Origin: Glaucostegus cemiculus
Taxonomy: Eukaryota
NCBI GenBank assembly: GCA_976551045.1
Contig: CDPCPM010000076.1
Coordinates: 18,228,001 to 18,292,000, forward strand
Direction: 5' to 3'
DNA length: 64,000 nucleotides
Part shown: positions 1-12,900 of the stretch, piece after piece
Position numbering within the stretch: position 1 is the stretch's first letter
Layout: each line of letters opens with the position of its first letter
Program-made: the position numbers and the translations under genes
The notes under the pieces: generated by a model
What the model saw: the letters and a program-made list of their open reading frames with translations, nothing else
Database searches by the model: none
What the model was told of the DNA's origin: nothing

Positions 1-861
1 CCATAAAAGGGTAAATTCATTTTTGTTAGAGGTATCCACTTTATCACTTAATGTTATTAATTAACTGACAGTAAAATTGGAATTAAGAATGTAATGCTGG
101 AGGTATAAACGTACCTCCTTGAAATAGGTATTGCTGAATGAGATTATTTATTAAGATCAGGAAAATGTACATAATTTTATTGATACATTGGTCAAGACTA
201 TGTAACAAGATGGAATATTGATTGAGTTTGTTTGAAAGCTATTGCTTTGTAGTTGATTAGCTTGGATAAGTGCAGCCTTTTGATGGGATGATATCATCTT
301 AGGGAGGAAGGGACATTGATCCAGTGAACATGATTGAATTTATCGATGTACACATATCTGTGCAGTGTTTTGCAGTAGGTGAGATGGATGATGCTGCATT
401 TGTGGCAAATGAGAAGGTAGTAAACTCAATATGGTAACTGAATGTGGCAGAGTATGGTTCCTAAGACTTTCCTGGATGGCCTTTGGGAGGCGGGTGGGGT
501 GGATTGTGAGTGAGAAATGTATATGGGGTTGAGCTTCAGAAAAGCAAAATGAAAAGTGGTAATGAAAGGGGATTCTATAATTAGGTAGATAGATATTATC
601 CACTTAGGCCATGGTCAACGTCCATGAAATAATGCAAGAATAAGAGACAACTATGGAAGGATCTGGAAAAGAAGGGAGAAAATCCATTGTCAAGGTCAAC
701 ATTGGATCAAATGACAAAGATGGGATCAGGCAGATGTTCCAGCTGAGGGACCACCAGGAGCTAAGAGCTAAATTAGACAGAATTAACTAAAGATATAGGC
801 TGTGTGCAAATTGACACAAGTGCAGAAAGATGAGAATAAGTACCTACTAAAGGGCTTAGAA

Positions 862-995
862 GGCTTTGATGATGGGTCATTAACCTGCGACGCTAACTCT
901 GTTTCTCCATTCATGTATGTTGCCTGGCCTGCTGAGTATTTCAGCATTTCCTGTTTTTATTTTAGATTTCTAGCATCTGTAGTTTTTTTTTCCTT
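862..995 (+). repeat. Penelope-like terminal repeat fragment
   Basis: gttgcctggcctgctgagtatttcagcatttcctgtttttattttagatttctagcatctgtag is shared with the copies at 22440-22920, 33470-33545, 49895-49990 and 54865-54970 (reverse). Confidence 0.65.
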
Positions 996-1885
996 TTAAA
1001 GGAGAGAGGAGTTTCTTTGATGGGAGATTGACAGCTGTACTGGATCAGGAAGGAGCTGTGTCAATAGGATGGGGTCTACCTAAATGGTAATGGGACTGAT
1101 GTCCTTGTGGAAACGATAAGTTGTGAAATAATAAAGGGTTTAAACAAGTGAGACAAATAGCCTAGTGAGACAATAAATGAAACAAGCCCAAATATCATTT
1201 CAGTCAGAAAGGAGAACAGAGGACAGATTAAACTAAAGGAGAAGATAATAAGTGAGGTAAAGAGTTATAGGTCTGATGTGTAACAATGTGAGAAACAGCT
1301 ATTACGAATCAGTTAAGTTATACATACACCAATTGGCACATACAGAACAGGGAAAATGGTGACAGCACTACACTGGATGGAACCATTTGTAAGGACTGCA
1401 GAGACATAGACACAGAAAAATAAGCACTGACATTTAAATTAATTGCACCAATATTGTGAAAGAAACAAAATCTTGAAAAGGGAAAAGGTGAAATAGAGTG
1501 GCGGCACTTATTTGAGATAATAAAATGGAATTAGCAAAATGTGACACAGCTATCAGTGATCCACTGATATCCACTTTTATCAGTGATAAAAGATCAATCA
1601 CAATAAAAAGGGCAGTCTATGGTACAACTAATAGAGAAAAGGGAGTAGGAGCAAGAAATATACAAACACATTAAGAAAATGAGAAAATAGAACAATATTG
1701 TCACAACCATGGGGAATTTTAATTACTTCAAAATTAATTGTTCAAAAGAATGAGCAAAGTAGATAAGAAAGCAGAGATCGTACAATTTTTACAGATCACC
1801 TTGCTAACCCACTGTATATTGATACCTCATTTGGTGCTCAGAATGCATTCCTAGGAACAAGAACGTGAACAGAATCAGCATTATA

Positions 1886-2091
1886 AGGGGATACAAGAGA
1901 GACTGAAGATACTGGAAACCTGGAGCAATGCACCCAAAATGCTGGAGGAACTCAGCAGATTAGGCAACATCTATGGAGGAAAATAGACAGTTGACATTCT
2001 GGGCCGAGCCCTTTTATCTTGACGTCGACTGTTGATTTCCCTCCATAGATGCTGCCTGATCTGCTGAGTTCCTCCAGCACTTTGAGATTTT
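1886..2091. mobile_element. Fold-back (palindromic) Penelope-terminus element with 9-bp TSD
   Basis: Arms ~1936-1995 and ~2023-2083 are near reverse complements; AGCATTATA is duplicated at 1877-1885 and 2092-2100. Confidence 0.8.
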
Positions 2092-3269
2092 AGCATTATA
2101 TATTTAGAGATGTGTTACTGACAGTGCTGTTGTCCTCCTGTTGCTGCACTATGCTTTGCTGGGAACCTGGCTGTTGGGAAACCAGCACTCTGATGGCAAT
2201 GAATCACTAACAGTTCAGTGTGGAGAGGCTGTCAGTGAGGGCTGGTGCTGTGTGGGCTGGCGCAAGCAGTGTGGCTATCAGTGCTGAGATGTGGAGTTCA
2301 GGGCTGCATCCTGGCTGGCGTTTTGAATGCAGGTCATTGCTGGTGATTGACATTGGCTGCTTCATGTGTTGACAGACCAGTGAGAGAGACTGCAGGATCC
2401 AGGCATCTGTCAACAAATACAGCAGGTGCCTAGCAATGGCCTAACTCACCATGTTGTCTAGGACCAGGCCTGAGCCCAACATCTTAGCAATGAGCGGCCA
2501 TACTGCTTGCCTCACCCCACCCAATAGCAACTCTTACAGGCAGCTTCTCCACACTGAGACATGGAGGAGTCTTTGCTGCAGGGGTGTTAGGCTCCCTGCA
2601 CTACAGCGTACAGCCCATGTGAATGTCTTTCCTACAGTATGGTAGGGTACGTAGCTCTGAGTGTCCAGGTCATAAAACCAAATTTGCTAATGTTAATCCG
2701 TGACCTGTGAAATACCTGTGTGTAATAAGCCAAACAAATGAAGATTCACTGCTGGATTTACTATTAGAGATTGAAGCAGGCAGAAAGAAAAATAGGGGAA
2801 CTTCAAGGCAATTACATTTAATATAATCAGGTTATAAACACAACAAAGCCCAGTGTAATATATAGGAGAAAAGATCACATTGAAAATCTGAAAAAGGAAC
2901 TTTGCAAGGAAAAATGCACAATATTGGGAAAAAGTGAGGTAAAATAGCAAGGGGAAACCTCCTACATGGCATTCAATAAATTCCAGGTAAAATATATTTT
3001 GCTAAGAATAAGAACAAGTTAAAGACTATTGAGACACAAGGAGGGAAAAGTGACAAAAGGGTAAAACTGAAGCCAATAGACAAACATTGACAGCAGAGGA
3101 CAGCATGACAAAGAATACCAACAAATTCGGAAAGAAGTTAAAAAATAATTCAAAGGACAAAGAGAAACCAAGTATTAAAATTTCAAGGAACATAAAACAA
3201 AAAAAGTAAAATATTCTGCTGGTTCAAAAATTAGAAAGAAAGAGTTTAGAAAATACACTTATTACAAGG

Positions 3270-3522
3270 CTGCATTACGTACAAAAATGCACCAGCACTT
3301 TAAATGTCCGTTGTCTGCTGCCTCAGTACGCTCACTTTAAGATTGTTTATTCGAGTCGCTATTTAATTTTGTGGTTCCAATGTTGTTAATGTCTTTCTGT
3401 CTTTGTGTTTCTCATTGTTTTTTTAATGTAACGAGCACCTTGATCTGTGGAGTATGGTATTTCGCTCCTGTGTATACTGAATGTGTATACGGTAGTGACA
3501 ATAAAACTGATTCTGATTCTGA
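3270..3522 (+). mobile_element. LINE 3' end with AATAAA and (GATTCT)n tail
   Basis: The last ~95 nt closely match 54625-54717 (gagcacc...gtgacaataaaactgattctgattctga). Confidence 0.65.
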
Positions 3523-3534
3523 GGCTTGATAAAC

Positions 3535-4540
3535 AGATACTGGGACAACATCCTCAGCCCTCTACTTCCTATACACTCATGACTGTGTGGCCAGATTCTG
3601 CTCCAACTCCATCTACAAGTTTGCAGATGATACCACCATTGTAGGCCGTATCTCAAACAGTGATGAGTCGGAGTACAGGAAGGAGATAGAGAGCTTAGTG
3701 GAATGGTGTCATGACAACAAATTCTCCCTCAATGTCAACAAAACAAAAGAGCTGGTCATTGACTACAGGAAAGGGGGCGGTAAACACGCACCTGTCTACA
3801 TCAATGGTTCTGAGGTTGAGAGCTTCAAGTTCCTGGGAGTGAACATCACCAACAGCCTTTCCTGGTCAAATCACGTAGATGCCATGGCCAAGAAAGCTCA
3901 CCAGTGCCTCTACTTCCTCAGGAGGCTAAAGAAATTTGGTATGTCCCCTTTGACTCTCACCAACTTTTACCGATGCACCATAGAAAGCATCCTACTTGGA
4001 TATATCACGGCTTGGTATGGCAACTGCTCTGCCCAGGACCGCAAGAAACTGCAGAGAGTTGTTGAAACAGCCCAGTGCATTACGGACACCAGCCTCCCCT
4101 CATTGGACTCTGTCTTTTCCTCTCATTGTCTTGATGAAGCAGCCAGCATAATCAAAGACCCCACCTACCTGGGACATTCTCTCTTTTCTCCTCTTCCATC
4201 GGGTAGAAGATACAGGTGCCTGAGGGCACGTACCACCCGACTTAAGGACAGCTTCTACCCCACTGTGATAAGGCTATTGAACGGTTCCTTTATACAATGA
4301 GATGGACTATGACATCATGATCTACCTTGTTGTGAGCTTGCACCTTATTGCACTGCACTTTCTCTGTAGCTGTGACACTTTACTCTGTACTGTTAGTGTT
4401 TTTACCTGTGTTACATCAATGCAATTTGTACTAACTCAATGTAACTGCACTGTGTATGGACTTGACCTGTACGATCGGTTTGTAAGACAAGTTTTTCACT
4501 GTACCTCGGTACAAGTGACAGGAATAAACTAATACTAATA
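3535..4540 (+). mobile_element. 5'-truncated Rex1/L2-CR1-group non-LTR retrotransposon: RT C-terminal ORF (3587-4300) plus 3' UTR
   Basis: Uninterrupted 237-aa ORF with KFADDTT, LNVNKTKELVIDYRK, FKFLGV, KKAHQCLYFLRRLKKF and RTTRLKDSFYP; the 3' UTR ends in aataaactaatactaata. Confidence 0.92.
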
Positions 4541-4544
4541 TATT

Positions 4545-4700
4545 CCTGGCTCGAATGTCTGGAACTAAAGGTCACAGTCACAGCCTCAGAATAAGAGATT
4601 GGCCATTTTGGACTGATAATAGAACTTTCTTCACTCAAGGTGCTATGAATGTTTGGAATTGGCTGTCCCAGAGGGTTGTGATTCTTGAGTACATTCAAGA
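4545..4700 (+). mobile_element. CR1 ORF2 C-terminal fragment
   Basis: TKGHSHSLRIR...FFTQGAMNVWNWLSQRVV matches the CR1 TRGH...FFTQRVVNVWNSLP signature. Confidence 0.75.
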
Positions 4701-5286
4701 TGCTACCTCGGCACCTCCCAGTTACCCCATGATATCTTTCCTGATTGCTAACCTGATCCTGCCTGGTTGTTATACTCTTTCTGTCTTCACCCCTGGTTGT
4801 TTCCATCATTGGTGAACCTTAGTTCCTCCAACTGCTCAACCACTTGTGAGATCTTTCTGTGGTTTCAGCAGAGTCCCAATATTCAATGGTCTTTGTTAGT
4901 AAGTTTGCTTGGACTCACTAGCTTGATGCAACTGAGACCTGAGGCCTGCCTTTGGTTGAGTTCTGTCTTTCTACATGATGAAATCGCCAATGGGGGCACA
5001 GGCCATAATTAAAAGTGCAAGCACAGGTCTTCAGTGGAGACTACATTTCATTACGGTTAAAACTGAGTAATAGAAGTCACTGGTGGAATATGCCTCTATA
5101 ATGGTGAGGCTGCCTTGTTCAATTTAGGATGTTCAGGTTCACAAGGTATTGGGGAAGGATCAGTTATATTCCTTAGTCATGAGGCAGTAAAGGGATAAGA
5201 GCTTTAGGTATGCATTATAAGGATTCATAGGCCTAGAAATTGTATTTTGCCTCAAAGTGCACATTAAACTGGTGATGGTGGTGGTG

Positions 5287-5583
5287 GGCAGGCATGGTAG
5301 TGTAGCGGTTAGCATAGCGCTTTACAGTGCCAGTGACACGGGTTCAATTCCGGCTGCTGGCTGTAAGGAGTTTGTACGTTCTCTCCGTGTCTGCATGGGT
5401 TTCCTATGGGTGCTCCGGTTTCCTCACACATTCCAAAGACATACAAGTTAGGAAGTTGTGGGCATGCTATGCTGGTACCAGAAGTGTGGTGACACTTGTG
5501 GGCTGCCCCCAGAACACTCTACGCAAAAGATGCCTTTCACTGTGTGTTTCAATGTACATTTGACTAATAAAGATATTTTATCT
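5287..5583 (+). mobile_element. tRNA-derived V-SINE (HE1-like), full length
   Basis: A box tggtagtgtagcgg, B box gggttcaattcc, V-domain gtacgttctctccgtgtctgcatgggtttcc...gtgctccggtttcctc, tail ctaataaagata; near-identical organisation at 43818-44110. Confidence 0.85.
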
Positions 5584-5921
5584 ACATGTAGATGCAGGGC
5601 TAGTGAATATCTGTGTGTACAATGCCTTTCCCACTGTACAGCAATATTCTATAAGGCATTATGTACAATAGTTTGAAAACACGCATGGTAGCCTTTCCTC
5701 CACTAGCCCTGCCATGTATTAACTCGGGTATGCTATGGTTCAGGTCCGGTGGGGAGGGTGTTGAGCTAACGTGGAGGATAGTTGTATCAGTCAGAAAGGA
5801 ATCTGATTTGAAGAGTTATTGCCTTTGGGTTGGCGATTCGGGTGGTCAGGCATTTTTCTAAAGGTTTCTATGCATATTCTGTGGTCTTCAGTTCTGTTCA
5901 TACTTTCTTCCCAGATCTTTA

Positions 5922-6071
<150 letters not shown>

Positions 6072-7329
6072 CTAGCAATGGAAATTAAAAACAGGATCTT
6101 AATATAGAATAAATATATTTGTGTTTCATTAAGTCTGTTAAGTTTAAGTAAAGGCAAATCACTTTGTATAGTAAAAGGGAAGTTTCCCAAATATTAAATG
6201 GCAACTTGAAACAATTACTCATATATATAAAATATGTACTTTACACAATACAACGTCAGTTTGTGCTCTGTAGCTGTGTATTAATGTTTACATTACATTT
6301 TGGCTGCAAATTTAGAATACAGAGTCTAACTGGAGAATATTCAGTGATTCAAGGAGGCCCATACTGCCCTGTTAATACTGGCACATGGACTCCAAACCAA
6401 CCCTGGCAGATTGGTTAAAGTGCCTCTTGCTGTGAGAGTACCACATGATAAAGCTACATCTAATTTCAGTTGACCAGGAAAACAAATTCAGTGCAAACGG
6501 GAACAAAGTTGCCATGAATTTCGCAATTGTTCTCAAATAGATAGCTGGTATTAGAACAGGAAATGTACAATGGGGGTAATTTTCCTATGAGGATTGGCTC
6601 ATTGCTGAAGATGAGGGCAGATTTATTCCCCATCCATCTACAACCTGTAAATGTTTTTTGAGTCAGGCTAGTGGGAGGCTCTCCCTGTGGATTCATAAGA
6701 TTGATCCCTTGTATTCAAGTGAGTGATTGGAAAGGCAACTGTGAGGTCTTCATAATCAGGTGGGAAGTAAACCTGGAGATTGAGACCTGCAGGATTTTCC
6801 TGTCAGGCCACAGCCAGAATCCCCTCTCTTCCAGGCTTAAAAAAATACTGAAAAATATCATTTACCTCTCTAGGCTTCTTTTTGCCTTGGCTTCTCTTAT
6901 CTCCAGGGTGGCCTGATGAGGAAGCTGCTGCAGATTACCCATGGGGTTCCAGTTAAAAGCACAGCAGGCACATCAGGGTCAAATGTAGCTTGTGCAGATT
7001 GACCCTGCTGCTCTCCCTTGGAAGAGCAGATTAAGTTTATGTGAAAATAGCAGGACCTGTGTGTCATGTTATTTGGACCAGTTTAATCTCCTACCTGAGC
7101 TCCTTAAGGTTAAAATTTGCCCTTCAGAGTAATCTATCTCTTCATTTCTCACATCATTAATTTGATCTGTGGCAACCAACCTCTTAATCACTTGTTTAGA
7201 AGCAGTGGCAAAGAAACATGATTCCTGTTCACAATGATCATGCAACCCTGTGCTGGCAGTAGCTAGATATGTAGTGTGCACAAGCATTAGAGGGTCAAGC
7301 AAATTTATATACCAGAGAATCCTAACCTA

Positions 7330-7560
<231 letters not shown>

Positions 7561-7744
7561 CTACAAAAACATAACACTGTGTAAATCAGAACCTGAGAAC
7601 TTCTATTGCAGGATTTGCAAGGGAGAAATAGCCAATTTTATTAAACATAGTGAAGCAGATTTCACACTGAAATCACTTGCCACTGGGCCATGTTGTTTGG
7701 TTATAATCATTTCTTGTACAGAGGCGGTGGCTGTCATTGATAGT

Positions 7745-8500
7745 AGTTAAGCAACTAGCCCCAGAAAATCACTGCAGCTGTCCCTTAGGCCCAACTAGCT
7801 TCTATTGCTTCATCAATGATCTTCATTCCATCATAAGGTGAAAAGTGGGAACATTTGCTGATGATTGCACAATGTTCAATTCCAATCACCACCCTTCAGA
7901 AAACGAAACAGCTGCATGCAGCAAGACCGGGGCAACGTTCAGGCATTGGCTGAGATGTGGTAAATTAACTTTGCTACAAAAAAAATGTTGGGCACTGACC
8001 ACCTCCAACAAGAGGGAATCTAATCATGTACCCTAGATGTTCAATGGCATTACTGTCATCGAGACCCTACCAACAGCATCCTGGATGTGGCCACCGGCCA
8101 CATTGAACTCGATCAGCAGCATAAATATTTTTAATGCAAAAACAGGTCAGAAACTGGATATGCTTTTCACACCCCAAAGACTTTCCACTATCTACAAAGT
8201 ACATTTAAAGAGCATGATAACGTACTCTCCAGCTGCATGGGTGATTGCAACTCCAACAATTCTGAAGAAGCTGGACGTTATCCAGGCAAAACAGCTTCCC
8301 CTACTCTGAACATTCATTCCCTCCATCACTGGCACACAGTGGCCGCAATCTGCACACTTCTTGAAAACATGCTGCAGTTACTTGCCTGGGTTACTCTGAC
8401 AACATCTCCCAAATATTCAACTTCTACCATGATGAAGGACAAAGGCTTCAAGTACATGCAAACACCACTACTTGCATATTCTCCTCTAAGTCCACACAAT
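7745..8500 (+). mobile_element. Decayed CR1/L2-group LINE RT and 3' fragment
   Basis: Broken ORFs read GTFADDCT, LSTIYKVHLKSMITYSPAAW, LKKLDVIQAK and LNIHSLHHWHTVAA. Confidence 0.75.
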
Positions 8501-8649
8501 TGTATTCCAGCCAGTTGAGCGTGTTTGTGGCTGAGGGAACTACTCCTGCTCCTAGATGTCAGTGGGGGGATGTCAGAGGCAGAGTTGCTAATGGTGGTGC
8601 TGGTGAATCTGAGCTTGATGGAGCTTGCAACGTTTCTTCCTGAACTATT

Positions 8650-10080
8650 CATGGATGGCTGATGAACAAGACTTAATGAAGGTGGTAATGGATACTGGAC
8701 AGCTTTCTTCTTCTTCTTCTTCTTTGGCCCTTACAGCAAAGCAAGATCACATTTAATTGGGTCATTGTCTTTGAAGAAGGCTATCACTTTCTCAATATGT
8801 GGAACACCTACAAAAAGTTCTTCATGACCAGCTGTTTAGATGGCTATGATGCTAGTATGTCGGTGGCTTCTTGCTCTTCCTGTGACCTCTGTTGCTCAAG
8901 ATCTAACAGATCCTCACTTGTGAGCTCTTTGCCATGGGATTTCAGCACTTATTCCACATTGCCCTGATCCACCTCATCAAACACAGTTTTATTTGGCAAC
9001 CTGACAGTGTCTTCTTGGAGAGTTTTAAACTCTGCAAATCTATAAAATTTGTGGACATGCTCCTTGTTACATAGGTTACATTATCCAGAGAGATGTTGAT
9101 GTAGTTTATGACTACATTGATATTGTACCACTTCCAAATTTCCTGAATGGTTGGTTTGACATTGCCCCTTGACTCTGAAACGATATGGCTTAATACATTA
9201 TGTCTTGAATAGCATTTTGGTCCATGGGTTGTAGCAGTAAAATGATATTAGGTCACAAATACATTGCCTGGATGTTGTCAGCCATGTCCCAGAGGTTAAC
9301 TGGATATCCAAGAACATTGCCAATGAAGAACAAAGCTCTATTTTCTGGGTTATTCCTCCCATGTTTCAATGAAGGTGAAGAGAAACCACATGATATAAAC
9401 CTGAAAGAGAAGTGCAGTCATCCAGGTGTTTTTGTTCAATTGCCATACCACTAGAAATCTGGTCTTTGAATATGTTTTCAGGATCTTTGGGTTCTCTGAG
9501 TGGTTGATCAAGAAAGGTTTAAGTTTACAGTCACTGAGGCATCGCGTCCAAGGAGAGAGATAAGATAATCTTTAGCCACCTTGTAGCTTGGTCCAATTTT
9601 CTCATCCCTCGAAATGATGGAATGTGAGTGCATTTGTTTTCAAAAGAGCTACATCTTATATGCATCAAATCTTGTTTAGGACAGAAGATACCTTGTGATA
9701 AATTTGTTTCAGCCCCCTTGGAAAATTTTCAGTTGCCATGGAATCTGTACTTGCTGCCTGCCCCACAAGACAAATATTATCCAGGATTGTCAGCTTCTGG
9801 AAATGTTCAAACCAACTGTGGCTGGCCTTGATGTAGGAGCACTTTCAGAAGATCTAGCAACCCTCTCTCCCTTTTTTCAAGTATTGCCTTAACAATCTTG
9901 TATTTTTCCTGGATCATTCTGAAGCTCAAGTGCTGTTGATTCTCATCTTCTGATCAGAAGCTGAACCCTACTCCATTCACTTCATTATAACATTTCTGTC
10001 CTTTGTAATGTGTGATGCACTTCCAGGGGTAACAGCCTGAGCAGTAAATTTTATTTTGTCTGTGTTGTTAAGGATGGTTC
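8650..10080 (-). mobile_element. Tigger/pogo (TcMar, CENP-B/DDE_1) transposase fossil
   Basis: Minus-strand motifs in the correct order: KASHSWFEHF (~9800-9830), YKVAKDYLISLLGRDAS/DCKLKPFLI (~9505-9590), NRALFFIGNVLGYP (~9300-9345; cf. LLLDNAPGHP), PNIILLLQPMDQ (~9215-9252; cf. PNTTSLLQPMDQG). Frameshifts and stops are present. Confidence 0.85.
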
Positions 10081-10938
10081 ACACCATCAATGAGGCAGGA
10101 TTCAGTGAATGGCTAATGTACTTTTTTTCATCTTCATTAGTTACATCCAGCTTACTATTAATAGTTAGCTTGTTGTGATTTTTTAGAGGAGTTTCAGAAC
10201 TTCTGGGATGTTTTGAAGCCTTTTTGAAGGGCTCACAGAATAAATTCTCCTGAATCCTGATAACAAGCAGAGCATTGCAAAATGGCATGGGAGGAAATAC
10301 TGCACAATATGCATTATGGGTGGAGTTTGGTGCACTTTTGCTCTGTGAAAAATCATCATAAATTGGGAACACGTACCCTGTGGAGTCAAGAATGTAATAG
10401 CAAGATTTGTAAATTGAATATTCATTATTTGAGGAATACAAAGGCTGGTATATTAATTGAACTGAATTTTGGAAGCAGAATACATTTACTCACACCTACA
10501 TCACACAATGATGTTCTAACATTAGCCTCAGTCATTGTGCCATTTGTGTGTGAAATTAGTGAAGGTAAATTTTATTGTTGAGTCCTTCATGTAGTACAGG
10601 AGCTTGATGATATTTAATACTCTGAGCTGCTTGGTTTGTTTATCACAAGCAAATGCTGGACCAGAACAATTCACAATGGTGTCCTGTAATGATCTGCTTG
10701 AATTATTTTAATGAACACAGGATATCCATGGAGTAACCCAACCCAAACCACTGAAGGCAGCCCTCCAGGCATGGGATAGGAGCACATTTGTGTGCAGAAT
10801 CCTTAGGCACATATTTTCCACCAGCGATTAAAAACAAAGCTCAACTGAATTTCCAAGTTCCCGTACTTTACCCAGTTAATTTTCCAATTGCAGATATTCA
10901 TGACTCTTTATCTTTTAATCAGCTATATTATAATTTTA

Positions 10939-11268
<330 letters not shown>

Positions 11269-11399
11269 TTAATTGACAGGCTGCCTGCTGTAAAAAAATA
11301 CATGTAGTGATTCTTGGGTCCTGCACAGTATTTATCTCTCAGCTAACACTATTAAAAATGTTATTGCATCTTCCATGTCTGTGATACTGTCTTCCTTTA

Positions 11400-12420
11400 A
11401 CCTTCTCTGCCATCATCCAGCTTGATGGGATTGCACTTATTCAATTCTTATCAGTCTATTCATGGCCAAAGAGTCAAGTGCAATGGCTTCATTTCCTCTG
11501 CCTGCAAGATTATTTCTGCTGTCCTCCATAGAATTATTCTATTCCTATTTCTAAGGCAAATCTGCTGAAATCAAGGGGTTAGTTTCCACGTACTCTGCAA
11601 CACCCATCTCCGCCTCACCACCACCTGTCCTGATCCACCCACAGTCTCAAAGTCATGAAACCACTTGCTAGCCATTCAGTACTGGACAAAGAGGAAACTG
11701 TATTGGGTAGTTTAAAATCTTTGACTCCATTTCTTCCCCTGGCAATTGCTTGAGGCTCAGCCTTGGTGTTACATTCTATCCGAAGGTGAACTTCTGCACA
11801 CATATTGTGGTATCATATAGTGGCTGTTTCTATCTCTGTAACCTCACCTGACTCCATCTCTGCTTCAGCTCATCTGCTGCAGGAACCCTCATCCATGCCT
11901 TTGTATCTCTAGGCCTGAACATTTCTGGCTGGCCGTGCATCTTCACTTCCCTTGTCTGCACTCTGTTAACTTGCGGTCAGCCAAAACACTGCTGCCTGTG
12001 TCCAAACTTGCACAAGTCCAATTCAATCATTAATCTTGCGCTTGCTGACCTTAATTGGCTCCTGAATAAGAAATACCAGGTTTTAATGTTTTCATTGGTG
12101 TTTTCAATCCCTCCATTATTCTCCCATCTCAGCTCTAATCCCACTCAAGCCATGCATCCACTGAACTAGTCATGATCCTCCAACAAGATCAGAAACATTC
12201 TACTATTGGTGGGCTCATCTGCTGCTGGCAAAATTCTATGCTCCTGAATCCCCCTTCCCTCAAAAAAAATCCTTTCAATGCTTTTATCCTCCTTTAAAAT
12301 TCCCCTTTAACCAATTTTTAGATATTTGCTCAAACAACTTTTGTGGCTGAGTGGCACATTTTGCTTTATAGTACTCCAGTGAAGTGGGTGAGGATGGTGC
12401 CATATATCAGTAGTTAAATA
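11400..12420 (+). mobile_element. Decayed L2 LINE 3' portion
   Basis: Pyrimidine-rich; gctgcaggaaccctcatccatgcctttg (AxTLIHAF, an L2 signature), followed by QNTAA-like and L.DLxWL-like remnants. Confidence 0.6.
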
Positions 12421-12519
12421 GTTAAATGGTCATTTAACCCATCCACTGTTTGTCTCATAAAATATCAGTGACCACACCATGGATAGTTTGCAACGTTTCT
12501 TACATTTATAGTAACAAAA

Positions 12520-12900
12520 ATACTATTGTCTTCCATAGTTATTAGACAACCTAAAGCACTTTAGACCCACTTAATTTCTTTTCTGACAATGAAGAGGTAC
12601 TGTAGATGAATGCTCTTGACAATGTGTGCATAGCAAGGGCTCATAAATGGCAAGCGGGTAAGTGACCAGTTAATTTATTTTGGAGGTGATGGTCGAGAAC
12701 TGAATTCTGGTGGAAAACTGGGAACATTTCCCTACTTTAAATGGGACTGTTTACTTCTAACTATACATTACTTCCTCACTCTTGTACAAAAATTTCAGTG
12801 TAGGACATGCACTTGGTTGGGTCTCTTGTCAGGCATATGAATCTAAATCTTCCGACATGGAGGTTAGAATTTACTGCCAGATCCAGTTGTGAATTGGATG
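12520..12900 (-). mobile_element. Decayed DeuSINE (SacSINE-like)
   Basis: Similar in layout to 45880-46240 (aaagcacttt...tgtgcatagcaag...gtgaccagttaat...ggtgatggtcgag). Confidence 0.45.

Larger units (their letters stand above)
560..3250 (+). mobile_element. Highly decayed CR1-type LINE (ORF1 SGNH esterase remnant plus ORF2 endonuclease region), interrupted by later insertions
   Basis: Remnant motifs: V(N)IGSND at ~695-715, DGVYLNGNGTDVL (DGLHLN-like) at ~1067-1107, MGNFNY (GDFN-like) at ~1710; A-rich strand bias. Confidence 0.65.

Noticed and set aside
1820-1880. Minus-strand GMHSEHQMRY as a possible FERM exon
   Set aside because: The real exon is at 5952-6071; this stretch lies in the CR1 endonuclease remnant.
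3587-4300. 237-aa ORF as a host gene
   Set aside because: It is the C-terminal part of a LINE reverse transcriptase with its 3' UTR duplicated at 42636-42876.
5287-5360. tRNA genes at SINE heads (also ~43820 and ~29330-29395)
   Set aside because: A and B boxes are present but run directly into the SINE body; no complete cloverleaf was seen.
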